From: an uncultured archaeon
Lineage (GTDB): Archaea; Iainarchaeota; Iainarchaeia; Iainarchaeales; CSSED10-239
Length of the DNA: 32,000 nt
Reading direction: 5' to 3'
Assembly: GCA_964586355.1 (NCBI GenBank)
Contig: CAZPGO010000005.1
Coordinates: forward strand, 1-32,000
The first letter of the stretch is position 1, and the number at the start of each line of letters is the position of its first letter. The position numbers and the translations under genes are program-made. Positions 31,682 to 32,000 of this stretch are shown piece after piece. A model generated the notes under the pieces. The model was not told the origin of the DNA and did not search any database. It saw only the letters and a list, made by a program, of their open reading frames with translations.

Positions 31682-32000
31682 TTGCACTCCACATAACCTC
31701 ATCCTTAGGATTAACAACTAAACCATTTGGAGTAATTTCACAAGGGTGTGCTGCTTGAGAGTGTTTTGTACCTCTTAATTTTCTTATAAATATTGATCTG
31801 TGTGGAGGAATAAAGTACATAGCAAAAATACCATCAACAACAAACTCTTCAACACCATAAGCAGAAAAGTCTCTAGGTCCTCCAGCAGTCTCAGAGGTCA
31901 TCATTGTTGTACAATTAAGGTCTTTTAGATAATCTCCAAATCTAAACAAAAGATTTCTTAATTTCCCAGGATCAGTAATCCATCCACCAAAAGCAGTTGT
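31668..32000 (-). CDS. C-terminal part of a KaiC-like/RecA-superfamily ATPase; the gene continues beyond the right edge of the window
   Basis: The minus-strand frame is open to base 32000 (…TTAFGGWITDPGKLRNLLFRFGDYLKDLNCTTMMTSE…DGIFAMYFIPPHRSIFIRKLRGTKHSQAAHPCEITPNGLVV…). The '..R.I.I.K.RGT.H.......I...G' ending is typical of archaeal KaiC/RadA-like proteins. The 'M' in the ORF track is a TTG inside the ORF. It overlaps the ligase 3' end by 14 nt in convergent orientation. Confidence 0.7.
   Translation of the reverse strand, partial: TTAFGGWITDPGKLRNLLFRFGDYLKDLNCTTMMTSETAGGPRDFSAYGVEEFVVDGIFAMYFIPPHRSIFIRKLRGTKHSQAAHPCEITPNGLVVNPKDEVMWSAIKQY

Overview
The window is very AT-rich (about 70% A+T by eye, not computed) and gene-dense. 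Every gene is on the + strand except a partial gene at the right edge. TAA, TAG and TGA all end long ORFs, so the genetic code looks standard.

The window splits into two parts.

(1) Bases 1-22,233 form a co-directional cluster with no recognisable enzymes. It contains a Cys-rich C-terminal fragment of an upstream gene, then five large predicted extracellular or membrane-anchored proteins (980, 2484, 603, 712 and 2218 aa, about 7,000 aa in total), then two tightly coupled small polytopic membrane proteins. The 980-, 2484- and 2218-aa proteins share a long C-terminal module with conserved Cys/Trp motifs that I cannot assign to a named family. The 2484- and 2218-aa proteins are collinear paralogs: an N-terminal signal anchor, then repeated beta-sandwich-like units, then the shared module. 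The 712-aa protein carries a periodic glycine-rich (GNGG-type) repeat region.

(2) Bases 22,238-32,000 are housekeeping. They hold tRNA-Arg(GCG), an HU-family DNA-binding protein, a 22-bp x ~5.5 tandem repeat, hisS, a small ORF broken by an in-frame TAA, a short bacterial-type alaS, a membrane-anchored double-HKD phospholipase-D-family protein, tRNA-Pro(UGG), a basic hypothetical protein, archaeal/eukaryotic-type proS, an ATP-dependent DNA ligase with an apparent TTG start, and the 3' end of a KaiC/RecA-superfamily ATPase on the - strand.

The marker mix best fits a small-genome, low-GC DPANN-type archaeon with some bacterial-type genes. Supporting markers are the Lig1-type ligase, the Tyr-terminated ProRS, tRNA-Arg with a GCG anticodon, G1-C72 in tRNA-Pro, no encoded CCA, and TATA-like boxes close to start codons. 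A CPR-type bacterium cannot be formally excluded from sequence alone.

No CRISPR array, transposase, integrase, rRNA or reverse transcriptase is visible.
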